From Octopus bimaculoides (Eukaryota): DNA of 64,000 nucleotides. Below, one piece after another: positions 30,601-43,300 of this stretch. Numbering within the stretch: the stretch's first letter is position 1; each line of letters starts with the position of its first letter. The DNA is taken from positions 15,071,335-15,135,334 of the forward strand of contig NC_068982.1 of NCBI RefSeq assembly GCF_001194135.2, in the 5' to 3' direction. A program made the position numbers and the translations under genes. Under the pieces are notes generated by a model. The model was not told where the DNA came from. It searched no databases and was given only the letters and a program-made list of their open reading frames with translations.

Positions 30601-33600
30601 TGAAGCTATCAATCTCTGAGTGGAAAATGAAAGTACTCTCGTTTACATTTCATAGAGAGGCTTGTACTTTAAAACTGTAAGTACGCTTATAGTAAATTTC
30701 AAAATCAAATCACTTGACTTAATTAAATTGATATTTTTTTATTAGCTTGACAAAGAAATATAAAAATTAAATGCTAATCTATGCATCAATTCATGAATTT
30801 CTTGAGAAAAATATATTAATTTTGTCTCAGAGAAAGAATTAAAAGAAGGGAAGAAGAGGCCTCCAAGAGGAACTTTGGTTTTTTTGAGTCAACATGTGGA
30901 ACACTTAATTCAACTTACTAATAGGGAATAAATAGAAATAAAAAAACATGAAATATGCATATAGAATTTTTAAAGTTCACCTACAATAGACTAATAAACA
31001 TTTTTCCAGGAAGACTTTTGTCTCCCATCCACTTAATACTACAGAAACCAAAAAATATGTAGCAGTTCTAAAAAAAGCTGTTAACCAAGATATAAAACAG
31101 TGTAAGAATTCAATGGGAATATAAGCATAAAGACATTCTTAAAAACTACATGTGTAGCAACTCACCAAGCCAGTTTTTGGTGCAATATCAACAGCATTAA
31201 TCCAGCGAGTATGAGCAGCTACTTCAGCAGCAAGTGCTCCAGTTTTGGCACAGAAAACCCTCAGGTGCCCCGAGCCATAGCCACCAACTATGCACTCATT
31301 CCATATTGCAATAGTACTACAAGGACTCCTGAAATATAATAAAATACAATGAGCTTTATTTTTATCAAGAACAAATATTTAAAGATAGATCTCTAAGAAC
31401 CATTTAATATCACACAATATGCACATAGTAGTAGGCATCCGTCAGTCTCGAGAGGCCATGAATCTGCACCCAAAGAAATCGTGTCAGCTGTTGATGGTGA
31501 TGCTGTGTCTGATGTGGTTGTACAGGCCCACACGGGAGTGGTAGTCATGCATACAGCGACCGCATTTGAAAGAGCTCTCTGCTAGTACTGCTGATTTTTT
31601 CTTCTGTCGAGCGCGCTTTTCTTTGATGGCGAGTACCTGTTTTTCTTCCACTCTCTTCATTCTCTTTTGCAATATTTGCCACCAGTGTGGGAAACCATTT
31701 GTGACCTGACTGTGGTGCATATACAGACATCACTGTTGCCAATGACTAAGCATTGTCTAAGGTTAATTATTTGTCACTATTACATTCTACTGCATATGAC
31801 TGACATAGTGCTATCACCATAAACTGCCACAAAGGGCATACACTAAAGAGAGGAAATTACATAAGCATCAAACTGAAAGGCCAGGTTATGAAAGTTACTG
31901 ATTAAGAAAAGAATTAGTCTGGATGAAATGCAGTTTAGCTTCGTGCCATCTTTCTAGTGAGACAACTACAAGAGAAGTACTTAGCTAGAAATAAGCTGCT
32001 GTACTTAGTATTTGTAAACCTGGGGAGCATCTTTGTCAGGGCTTAATCTTCTGTAATCTAATGGTCGTTAAAGAAGTACAGATGAATGGTTTGTGAGGGC
32101 CGTATACAGAGATGCAGTCAGAAAGTTAGCAATGAGTATATCAATGAAAATAACATTCATATTGTGGTCCATCAAGGCTTACCTCCCCTGACTCGCTCAT
32201 TTACTGTATTCTTTGCTACTAAACTGAGAGCAAAATATTTCACACTATTTTAGAGCAGCAGAAATAAGCAAGACAGCATAGCACCAAGTTAATGGTGTTA
32301 GTAATATTTACTTTAATCACTTTTTCTTCTGAGTTTAAATCCTTCTCGGGTTGAACTTACCTGTCATTTTCAATGTTCAATAACTCCCATAGACTGTATA
32401 TGTCCCTTACAATAATTCTCTCTTATACCAACATAAAAATCCAACAAGAGGGTTTCCACATGGTTACTTAACCAGTTGAGAATAGTAGCCAAAGTCCCTG
32501 CAAATTACACCTTGCCATCTTAAAAAATGAAGGACAAATTGGAAACTGTAACCCTGGATACATCGTCATCATTTTCATCATTTAACGTCTGCTTTTCCAT
32601 GCTGGCATGGGTTGGACGGTTTGACTGGCAAACCAGGTGGCTGCACCAGGCTCCAATGTGATCTGGCAAGGTTTCTACAGCTGGCTGCCCTTCCTAATGC
32701 CAACCACTCTGAGAACATAGAGGGTGCTTTTTATGTGCCACTAGCATGGGGGCCAGTCAAGAGGTACTGGCATCGACCATGCTCGAATGGTGCTTTTCAC
32801 GTGCCACTGGCATAGATGCCAATCAGGCGGTACTGGCAACAGCCACAACAATGTTTTCACTTGACTCAACAGGTCTTCTCAAGCACAGTTTATTGCCCAA
32901 TGATTGAAGGGTACTCTTAAATGGGCTGGTTATGCTGCACTGGCATGGGCCACGGTTATGGTCTCATTTGACTTGCCAGGTCTTCTCAAGCACAGCATAT
33001 CTCCAAAGGTCTTGGCCACCTGCCATTGCCCCTATGAAGCTCATGCTTCGTCACCTCATCCCAGGTCTTCCTGGGTCTACCTCTCCCACAGGTTCCCTCC
33101 AATGTTAGGGTGTGGCACTTTTCACACAGCCATACTCATCCAAAAATTAAATGGGGTGGTCATAACTGGAACACATTGATCATAGATTTACTGAATTGTA
33201 GCTAAACAACAGTGGAAAGATTGCAATATTTTGCATTTGTCTAAGGTGGTGAGCTGGCAGAATCATTAGCACACCAGACAAAATGTTTAGCGGCATTTCG
33301 TCCAGCTTTACGTTCTGAGTTCAAATTCCAGCTATGTTGTAGCCATCAGAGTTTGTCTCTCTTATCATCATCATCATCATCATCGTTAGTCCGCTTTCCA
33401 TGCTAGCATGGGTTGGACGATTTGACTGAGGACTGGTGAACCAGATGGCTACACCAGGCTCCAATCTGATTTGGCAGTGTTTCTACAGCTGGATGCCCTT
33501 CCTAATGCCAACCACTCCGACTTTTTGGGTCAATAAAATGAGTATCATTTGAACACAGAGATCAATGGAATCGATTTACCCCCAACCCAGAAATTGCTGG

Positions 33601-36600
33601 CCACATGCCAAAACTTGAAACTAATATTTTACACCTGGTTGAATCAGTAAAACCCTAGACTAGATGTCTTTTTTCACTCTTGTTCAGTACCTCATAGTTT
33701 CAAATACAAATTCTGTGACTATCACTTTGGCCTTTCATATTGATAGAATTAATAAAATACATCATACCACAGATCATATACTGAGAAGATGATTCATTCA
33801 GTTATATTAGTATCTACCTTAGAAAATAAGCTTTGAAACTAGTCAATAGAAATCAATAATTTAAAAGGCGGCGAGCTGGCAGAAACGTTAGCACACCGGG
33901 CAAAATGCTTAGCGGTATTTCGTCTGCCGTTACGTTCTGAGTTCAAATTCCGCCGAGGTCGACTTTGCCTTTCATCCTTTCGGGGTCAATAAATTAAGTA
34001 CCAGTTACGCACTGGGGTCGATGTAATCGACTTAATCCGTTCACCTGTCCTTGTTTGTTCCCTCTATGTTTAGCCCCTTGTGGGCAATAGAGAAATAAGA
34101 AATCAATAATTTATGTACCTGTAACCTGGGATTCTAAACATAGGCACAAAAACATCATTAGTCGACAGCTTCCATAAGAAAATGTTTCCCTCCATATCAC
34201 AACTAGCCATAAGATTATCTGCTGCAGTCAAACAACAAATGCCAGCCTTGTGTTCTGAAAATAGATGAGATTATTTTAGTAAAGACATATACAAGATTTA
34301 TTTGAGATCGATGATTATTGAGACGTTTCAAAATATTATGCCAGTGCAACATAAAAAAAGCACCCATGCTGGTGCCACATACAAGGTACCTGTGCCAACA
34401 TTGTGTACAAATGCATCCATGCCAATGCTACATAAAAAGCACCCAGCACAATCTGTAAGTGGTGGGCATTAGGAAGGGCATCCAGCTGTAGAAACCATGC
34501 TGAAGTAAAATGCTGTCACATGTGAAGTGTTCATTCATGGTGGTCGTGTTGGGTTGTTAACTGAATACAAATGATAAACAACACTCATCATCATCATTAT
34601 CATCATCGTTTAACGTCCGCTTTCCATGCTAGCATGGGTTGGACGATTTGACTGAGGACTGGTGAAACCGGATGGCAACACCAGGCTCCAATCTAATTTG
34701 GCAGAGTTTCTACAGCTGGATGCCCTTCCTAACGCCAACCACTCAGAGAGTGTAGTGGGTGCTTTTACGTGTCACCCGCACGTAAACGGCCACGCTCGAA
34801 ATGGTGTCTTTTATGTGCCACCCGCACAAGCCAGTCCAGGGGCACTGGCAACGATCTCGCTAATTAACTTTATTTACTGCATCTAGTATTTTCTGTGTTG
34901 GTCTTTGGATGAAGAATGCAAACGACAATACTAAACTCAGTTTGCGAAGACCTGTTGATGCAAATGAAATCGATCCAAATTCGACAACTGGCACCCATGC
35001 CAACCTCTCCTTCATTGGACACTAAACTCGGCTTGCGAAGACCTGTTGGGGCAAGTGAAATCGAAACCATGATTGAACCAAATTTGATGACTGGCACCTG
35101 TGCCAGTGGAGCGCTAAAAGCACCATCCGAGCGTGATCATTGCCAGAGCAGCTGTCTGGCTTCCGTGCCTGTGGCATGTAAATAGCACCATTTGAGTGTG
35201 ATCGTTACCAGCATCACCTTCCTGGCACGTGAAAAGACATTCGAGCGAGGTCGTTACCAGTGCCAATGGATTGGCTCTTGTGCTAGGTGGCACGTAAAAT
35301 ACACCATTTTGAGCGTGGCCGTTGCCAGTACCACCTGACTGACCCTCGTACCAGTGACATGTAAAAGCACCCACTACACTCTCGGAGTGGTTGGCGTTAG
35401 GAAGGGCATCCAGCTGTAGAAACTCTGCCAGATCAGATTGGAGCCTGGTGCAGCCATCTGGTTCACCAGTCCTCAGTCAAACTGTCCAACCCATGCTAGC
35501 ATGGAAAGCGGACATTAAATGATGATGATGATGATGATGATGATGATAAGAGAGACAAACTCTGATGGCTACAACATAGCTGGCCTGTATAGAATTGAAG
35601 AAATACTGTGCTAAATTCATGGTGAATCTGTACCTTCATTCTGTACAACTGGAGAATGAAATGAGAACGGAGTTGCCATCACAACAACTTCGACATTCTG
35701 AGGTTAGTGTCAAAAGTTTGTCTTTATATAAGCCTCATTAGAAGGGTCTAACTAGTTGAATCATATGATGGTTCAATGCTGATCAGTCAATTAATCAACC
35801 AATCACATGAAATGATTGTGACTAAGCTGTGAGGTTTACTCCACTATTTAGCAATTTGGTTTTCAATTTACTTTTGTACTAATTCTACAAATCTCTGCTT
35901 TATGAAAGAAATAATAAATATTTGCTTTTTAAAACAGTTGCATGAGAAGTTAAAATGTAACGTCTTCCAATACACCCAACTTGTATGGGGTTACAAGACA
36001 CAGAACACATTACTTACTTCAATGAAGAAGGTTAACCAGTAAGCACAAGCCCAGCACTTTTTATCAACTCAAACATGGCATCCAATAGTTACAATGAATA
36101 CATACCTGATATTTTTCCTGAATAAGTGATTGTCTTTCCCTTCAGAGGAACTTTGAAGTACAGAATTTCTCCTGTATGTGAACCTATGAAAAACAAATTT
36201 GAACCAGTTATGATTGAATACAAGTTATTTTTCTTTAAAACATACAGAATACAGACTCAGGAAGAAGCAGTTATTGGTAATGTTGCTCTTACTGAGTATC
36301 TCTAGTCCAGTACCATAGAGACAGTTCACTGAGCAACTCAGAATAGCTTCAATAGTTCAATACAACCAAACATGCTGTATTGAACTTACAAGCCATTCTG
36401 TAAAATGTGAGGTACATCACTCTACATATAAAATGTGAGATACATCACTCTACATATAAAATGTGAGGTACATCACTCTACATTGAACACATTTCTTAGC
36501 ATTCTCCAAGTCTATCTTTATTAAATTAAAATTTACTTGGAACCAATTTTAAAGACAGCAGGAAGTTTAGCTACTAAGTTAGCAGGTCCAGTCTACTAGT

Positions 36601-36643
36601 TTGTATATATTAGTATGTACTATCTATAAGTACAGCATGCAAA

Positions 36644-36678
<35 letters not shown>

Positions 36679-37309
36679 TGACAGAATGAGATATAAAATC
36701 CAAGGCTGTGAATTAGTTTTCAGAACATTTATAAAGAGATGGTCGTACAGCTGTTTCTGGGATATTTTATATATCCCTTCATCAGAGACAGTGCGAGAAA
36801 ATGTTTGAGTAATAATTATTGACATGTGGCACCTATTGCACCTGTTCAGGTAATGTTGATCAGATAGAGGGAGAGAGCTTATGCGTACACAAATATTTGA
36901 TCACTATAAACAAATCATCTGTGTGGTTGTTCGGTAAAAAATTGTTGAACCCTCATACATTGTCGAACGGCAATATATCATCATTATCATCATCATCGTT
37001 TAACGTCCGCTTTCCATGTTAGCATGGGTTGGACGATTTGACTGAGGACTGGTGAAACCAGATGGTTACACCAGGCTCTAATCTGATTTGGCAGAGTTTC
37101 TTCAGCTGGATGCCCTTCCTAACGCCAACCACTCAGAGAGTGTAGTGGGTGCTTTTACGTGCCACTGGCACGAAGGCCAGTCAGATGGTACTGGCAATGG
37201 CCACACACAAAATGGTGTATTCTATGTGCTACCCGCACAAGAGCCAGTCCAGGGGCACTGGCAACGACCTCGCTCGAAAGTCCCTACACATGCCGCGGGC
37301 ACAAGTGCC

Positions 37310-37348
<39 letters not shown>

Positions 37349-40300
37349 CGAGGCTTCAGTATTAAAGGAAGAAGTTACTATGATTAAAGTTGGATATATG
37401 GAAGGAAAACAAGGAAAGACTAATTAAATTTACAGCAATAAGTCTTGGAGACAAGAGAAGTAATAAAGTCCCATTTGAGGGTGTTTAGAAGCAGAGACAG
37501 AAAGATACAACTGAAACAACTTACCTACACATACAAAATTTGAGCCAACAGCAGCAATACCTCTCATGTACATGCTTGTACCTAGAAATTTAAAGATTAG
37601 AGATGTAATTTTTTATTTTTTATTTTTTTTTGAGAATTGTATGAGACACAGTAGTAGCAATTTTTAGATATCACTTTTTGGCAGTCATTGTATTCTGCTG
37701 ACATCATATTGTATTGTTTTAGGACACCATATTCTATTATCTGCAGCAATCTAAAAAAATAATGCTCACAACCAAGTGATTGATGTTCATCATCATCATT
37801 TAACATCCGTTTTCCATGCAGGCAGGGGTTGGACCTTTTCGGCAGGAGCTGGCCAGCTGAAGAGCACCTGAAGGTTCCATGTCTGTTTTGGCATGGTTTC
37901 TACGGCTGAATGTCCTTCCTAATACCAACCACTTTACAGAGTGCACTGGGTGCTTTTTACATGGCACTAGTACGGGTGCTTTTTAAGTGGGCCTTCCTCA
38001 AGTCCAAACATCAATCTCATGGACTTTTCTATCTGGTCTATCTTAGAGAGTAATGTTTCTGCTCATTCCTATTCAAATGTGTCAGATCTGAAGAAAGCCC
38101 TTCTGTCTTCATGGGTCAAGTTGGATGAAAAGGTGGCACTGCACTCATGCAACTCAGTGATCACTTATTTGCAGGCTATGATCAAGGCGAAAGGTGGCCA
38201 TTTTGAAGTGTAATTACTGCAATGGATTGATAATTTACATTAGAATGTGTGTACCAAATTTCATTATCCTACCTTAATTTCGTTTTCAATAATTAAGAAA
38301 TATCAATGGGTAAATCTTTCTGGGACACCCTGTATACAAATGGTAATTATTTACTTGCCACCATTTCCATTTTTATCGACCTTAGTGGGAGGCAGTCGTT
38401 TTTTCCATTCCATAAAGTTGTCCTTGTCTCATTTATTAAGATACCAGCTTGATAGGGAAGAAGCTTTTCTTTAATATTTCGACAATTTCATGGTGAAATA
38501 ACAAAAGTACTTTCCTTATTCTTCTCAAGGTTAACTTTCCCTGCATACTCTTCGATTTGCTGGGGTTAACATAGATCTCTTTCATGACATTTGTTCTAAT
38601 AATTTATTGGTGACATCTCTAAAGCAAGTAATGCTATCTCTAGTTTTAAAAGATGCTTACAAATTTAAATATTCTGAAAATTAATTCACAAAGAAAAAGT
38701 TCAATATCATCATCATCAACATTTATTGTCTGTTTTCCATGCTGGCATGTGTTTGAGTAATCTGACAGAAGCTGGTAAGCCAAAGGACTGCACAAAACTT
38801 CCCTGTCTGTTTTGGCATGGTTTTTACTGCAGGATGCCCCTCCTAATGCCAAACCACAACCTATCACTTTTTTTTCACTATGTCACAAAACATCAGCAAC
38901 CCAATTCCATGTCGCCCAAAAGAATATTCAATTTTATTACTTTTTGTGCCAATTTTATTACTTTCTTAGAACATACAGATCGATTTTAAATACTTAAAAA
39001 TATTATAATTTCTTATTTCTTTATTGCCCACAAGGGGCTAAACATAAAGGGGACAAACAAAGACAAACAAAGCGATTAAGTCGATATGTAGCCGGTACTT
39101 AATTTATCGACCCCGAAAGGATGAAAGGTAAAGTTGACCTCGGTGGAATTTGAACTCAGAACGTAACAGCAGACAAAATACCACTAAGCATGTTGTATGG
39201 TGTGCTAACGTTTCTGCCAGCTCACCGCCTTCGTGATATTTCTATTATAATTTCTATTTGCCCTTTTTTTCTTTTTGGACATTGTTTCATTAATAAAAGA
39301 AACTTAACTTACATTCACTTTCATCCGCAGTTAAGTTATACCAAAACAATAAGGTTCCATCAGGTTCAAAGAACTGGAAAAGAAAAGCAAACATTTTAAA
39401 ATAAATTTCTGAAAATTACAAGACATTTACATAAATGCCACATTGCCAATAATAGCTACCGTTGTACTGGGGAATCCATAATGTAGTAAATAAGGAATTG
39501 TACTGCCAACTCTTTCATCAAATAGATATATATCTACTAACAGATGCAGCATGGCTGTGTGGTAAGCAGCTTCCTTCCCAACCACATGGTTCCGGGTTCA
39601 GTCCCACTGTGTGATACCTTGGGCAAGTGTCTTCTACTATAGCCTTGGGCTGACCAAAGCCTTGTGAGTGGATTTGGTAGATGGAAACTGAAAGAAGTCT
39701 GTCGTATGTATATATATATATGTGGGGGGGTATATGTTTGTGTGTCTGTGTTTGTCTCCCCACCCCCACCATCACTTGACAACCGATGTTGGTGTGTTCA
39801 CATCCCCGTAACTTAGCGGTTCGGCCTAAGAGACTGATAGAATAAGTACTAGACTTACAAAATATAAGTCCGGTGTCGATTTGTTCAACTAAAGGCAGTG
39901 CTCCAGCATGGCCGCAGTCAAATAACTGAAGCAAGTAAAAGAATAAAAGAATAACAACTATTGAGACAAAAAAAAAACACGAATACCAAAAGAAACACAA
40001 AAAGCACTTGAAGATACACAGAAACTGGCCGTGTGGGAATCAAGTATTTCAGGATACTACTACTACTACTACAGCAGCCTCATCATTAATGCCTGTCTTC
40101 CATGCTGGCATGGGTTGGACAGTTTGAGAAGAATAAGATATACTGGCAAATTAATTAAGGCACAACATTAAAAAAGAAAAATTGTTGCTTCAAGACCACA
40201 ACCACAGACATTAAACATAAAGGGCACATTGCCCAGACATTGCTAGGGCATTGCTTAAAATGCAATAAGCAAGGCACATTGCTTATACATTGCAAGCAAC

Positions 40301-43300
40301 ACATATTGCTTCACATTTGCAATCAAGGCACAGAGCTCCTAATTACTCAGGCATTATCTGCAAAGCATAATACTCCTGCACTGCAAGATAGATTGTGCAG
40401 CCAATGCAAGCATGGCACATTGTTCCATTGTTCCTCTTGCAACAAAAAAAAGAAACCAGAAGTTACAGTTTTCATTTTGTAATTGATTGCCTGATATTAT
40501 GAGTAATTTTTGTGCAATAATTTTCAGCTGATCTGAGTTTATATATATATACACACACACAGGGTGTCCACAAAGTCTGGGTACATGGAGTAAATAAAAT
40601 CATAACATAAACAATTAAATATAAGAAATAATAATTTCTTAAAGTATGTGTTAATCCCCATGTGGGTACATGGAGTAAATAAAATCATAACATAAACAAT
40701 TAAATATAAGAAATAATAATTTCTTAAAGTATGTGTTAATCCCTATGTGGGTACATGGAGTAAATAAAATCATAACATAAACAATTAAATATAAGAAATA
40801 ATAATTTCTTAAAGTATGTGTTAATCCCCATGTGGGTACATGGAGTAAATAAAATCATAGCATAAACAATTAAATATAAGAAATAATAATTTCTTAAAGT
40901 ATGTGTTAATCCCCATGTACCCAGACTTTGTGGACACCCTGTGTAACCATTTGATATATTGGTAGCTAATGTTGTGACACTAGACACTTGGCTAAAACAT
41001 TTAACTTTCAAATGGTCCAGTCCACCTAGCCAGCAACAACACTTTACAACTGAAAAGTGATTTGCTAGTTTGCAGTTATGATTTCACCATAAACAAACAC
41101 CTTCGCAGGCTCAGCTTGCAGGAGAATAGACAGAGGTAAACATTTTTAGCAGTGACCCAACAACCCAGTAAAATCTTTATTCCAACAGTTCTAGGTTGAT
41201 GTTAAAAAAAAAAAAACATTCATAGCAAATCCAAAATGACATACCTGAATACCTCTTTGTGCAGTAATCACCAAAATAGTTCTCTGGATACCTAGTGTTA
41301 CCCATTTGGCCTGAAAACAAAAAACAGAGACATCACATTGAGTTAACATTGCACAGCAGGCTTTAATTTTCTAGCATTTAAACTGGCCATATCAGGTCAA
41401 AATATTCTACCTACTTTATATTCAAATTGGCCAGATCCAGCCTCTCACATTTACCCTCCAATGTCATTCTAAAAATAAACAATCACATTATTGAAATCTC
41501 AATGCTATAAGATAATCTATGATTAATTCAAAGCAGTATGAATAAATAAGCATTACATTTGACAAAGTAATCTGAATGTTAAACGGTTAAAATGTATTCT
41601 TACAAACTGTGTTCAGCCAGCTATCATTATCATCATCATTTCACATCCATTTTCCATGCTGGCATGGGTTGGACAGTTTGACAGGAGGTGGTCAGCTGGA
41701 GAGCTACACCTGGCTCCAATTGGCTGTTTTGGCATGGTTTCTATAGCTGGATGCCCTTCCTAATGCCAACCACTTTATAAAGCATACTGGCTGCTTTTTA
41801 CATGGCACCAGCACCAGTGCCTTATATGTGACATTGTCACCAGTGCTTTTTAAGTGGCACTGGCAGTGGTACTTTTTATGTGGCACTAAAACGGGTGTTT
41901 TTATGTCACACCAGCACCTTCAATGATTCAGTAGGATCATTTAGACTTTTAATTACAGTATTGGACTGGAGCTAAATCATGGAATAACAAGCTTAGATGT
42001 GATGTAAAGAGCTGATTGAGTTTTTAATCTGCAATGATCCAGAAAGTTTACGATCAAAAGTTTTCGTTCTGTCTGTAATTTTACAAAGTAACAAAAGTTA
42101 CAAACATGTGATAGCAATATTAATAATCCATTTTACTATAGGCACAAGGCCTGAAATTTTGGGGATGGAGCTGGTCAATTACATCAACCACAGTACATGA
42201 CTGGTACTCATTTTATCAATCCAATAAGGATAAAAAATGAAGTCAACCTTGGAATTTGAAATCAGACCATAAAAATGGGCAAAATGCTGCTAAATATTTT
42301 ATCTGGGGTACTAATGATTCTGCCAGTTTGCAGCCTTGGTAGCATTAATAACAACAAGAGCACTCAGAGGGTGTAAACCACTGCCAAGGCAACACCAACG
42401 TCTTCTCAACGATTAGCCGGAGATGATTTTTAAAATGAGAATATCTGAAATGAACTCGACTGCTCTCACAAACGAGAATACTAAAAATGAACCCGACCGT
42501 TCTCAAAAGTTAAGTAAAAAAGCAGGAAAAATAATCCAGAATCCTTGTCCAGTACTGGATTGATCCCAAAATCTAATCAGTTTGTGCCAATCACAAGGCC
42601 AAACATTCCTGAAAGTTTCATCCAAATCCATCCAGCAGTTTTTGAGATATCTTGTCCACAGACAAACAAACAAACAAATATGACTGAAAACTATACCTTC
42701 GCCTTCGCTAAGGTGGAGGTAATAACAATAACAACAACAACAAGTCTATAGGCACAAAGCCTGAAATTTTAGGGGAGGGGTCTACTTGATTTCATCGATC
42801 CCAATACTCAACTGGTGCTTATTTTATCAATCCCAAAAGGATGAAAGGCAATCAAGCATTTTGCTTGGTACAGAAATGATTCTGCCAGCATGCTGTCTTA
42901 CAGTACTCATAATATATATCAACAACATAATAAGAAAAGAACCCAAAAGAGGGAAGAAGGACAATCATATAAAGTGATTCGGGGAACTTTTCACACAGCC
43001 CTGAACTCTTCTAGTAAAATGAAGATAAATGCCTTCTCCCAGTTCATTCAACCAGCCTACAACTACACAGCTGCAGGAGTCCATTTCACTCCATTTTTTG
43101 CTGCTCTCACCCACCTTCCATTAAATTTTTGTTGGAGGGCAGCGGTTTCCTCTTTGCCATCACCTCCATTCTCAAGTTCTACCTGAAGAAACTGATGACT
43201 GCTTAGCTGGAGAGGAAAAGCTTTGATATCCAACCTTTCAATCACTTCCACAACACAACTTCCTTTGCCACAGCCACCAAAGGGAGGAAGACTATCCAGT

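Noticed and set aside
40240-40560. Cys/His-rich ORF, and an FVARG motif resembling WDR54 exon 4
   Set aside because: The true exon 4 was found at 37525-37581 with proper splice sites; this stretch has none and no regular zinc-finger spacing
40579-40918. CRISPR-like regular repeats
   Set aside because: Eukaryotic tandem units with no unique spacers
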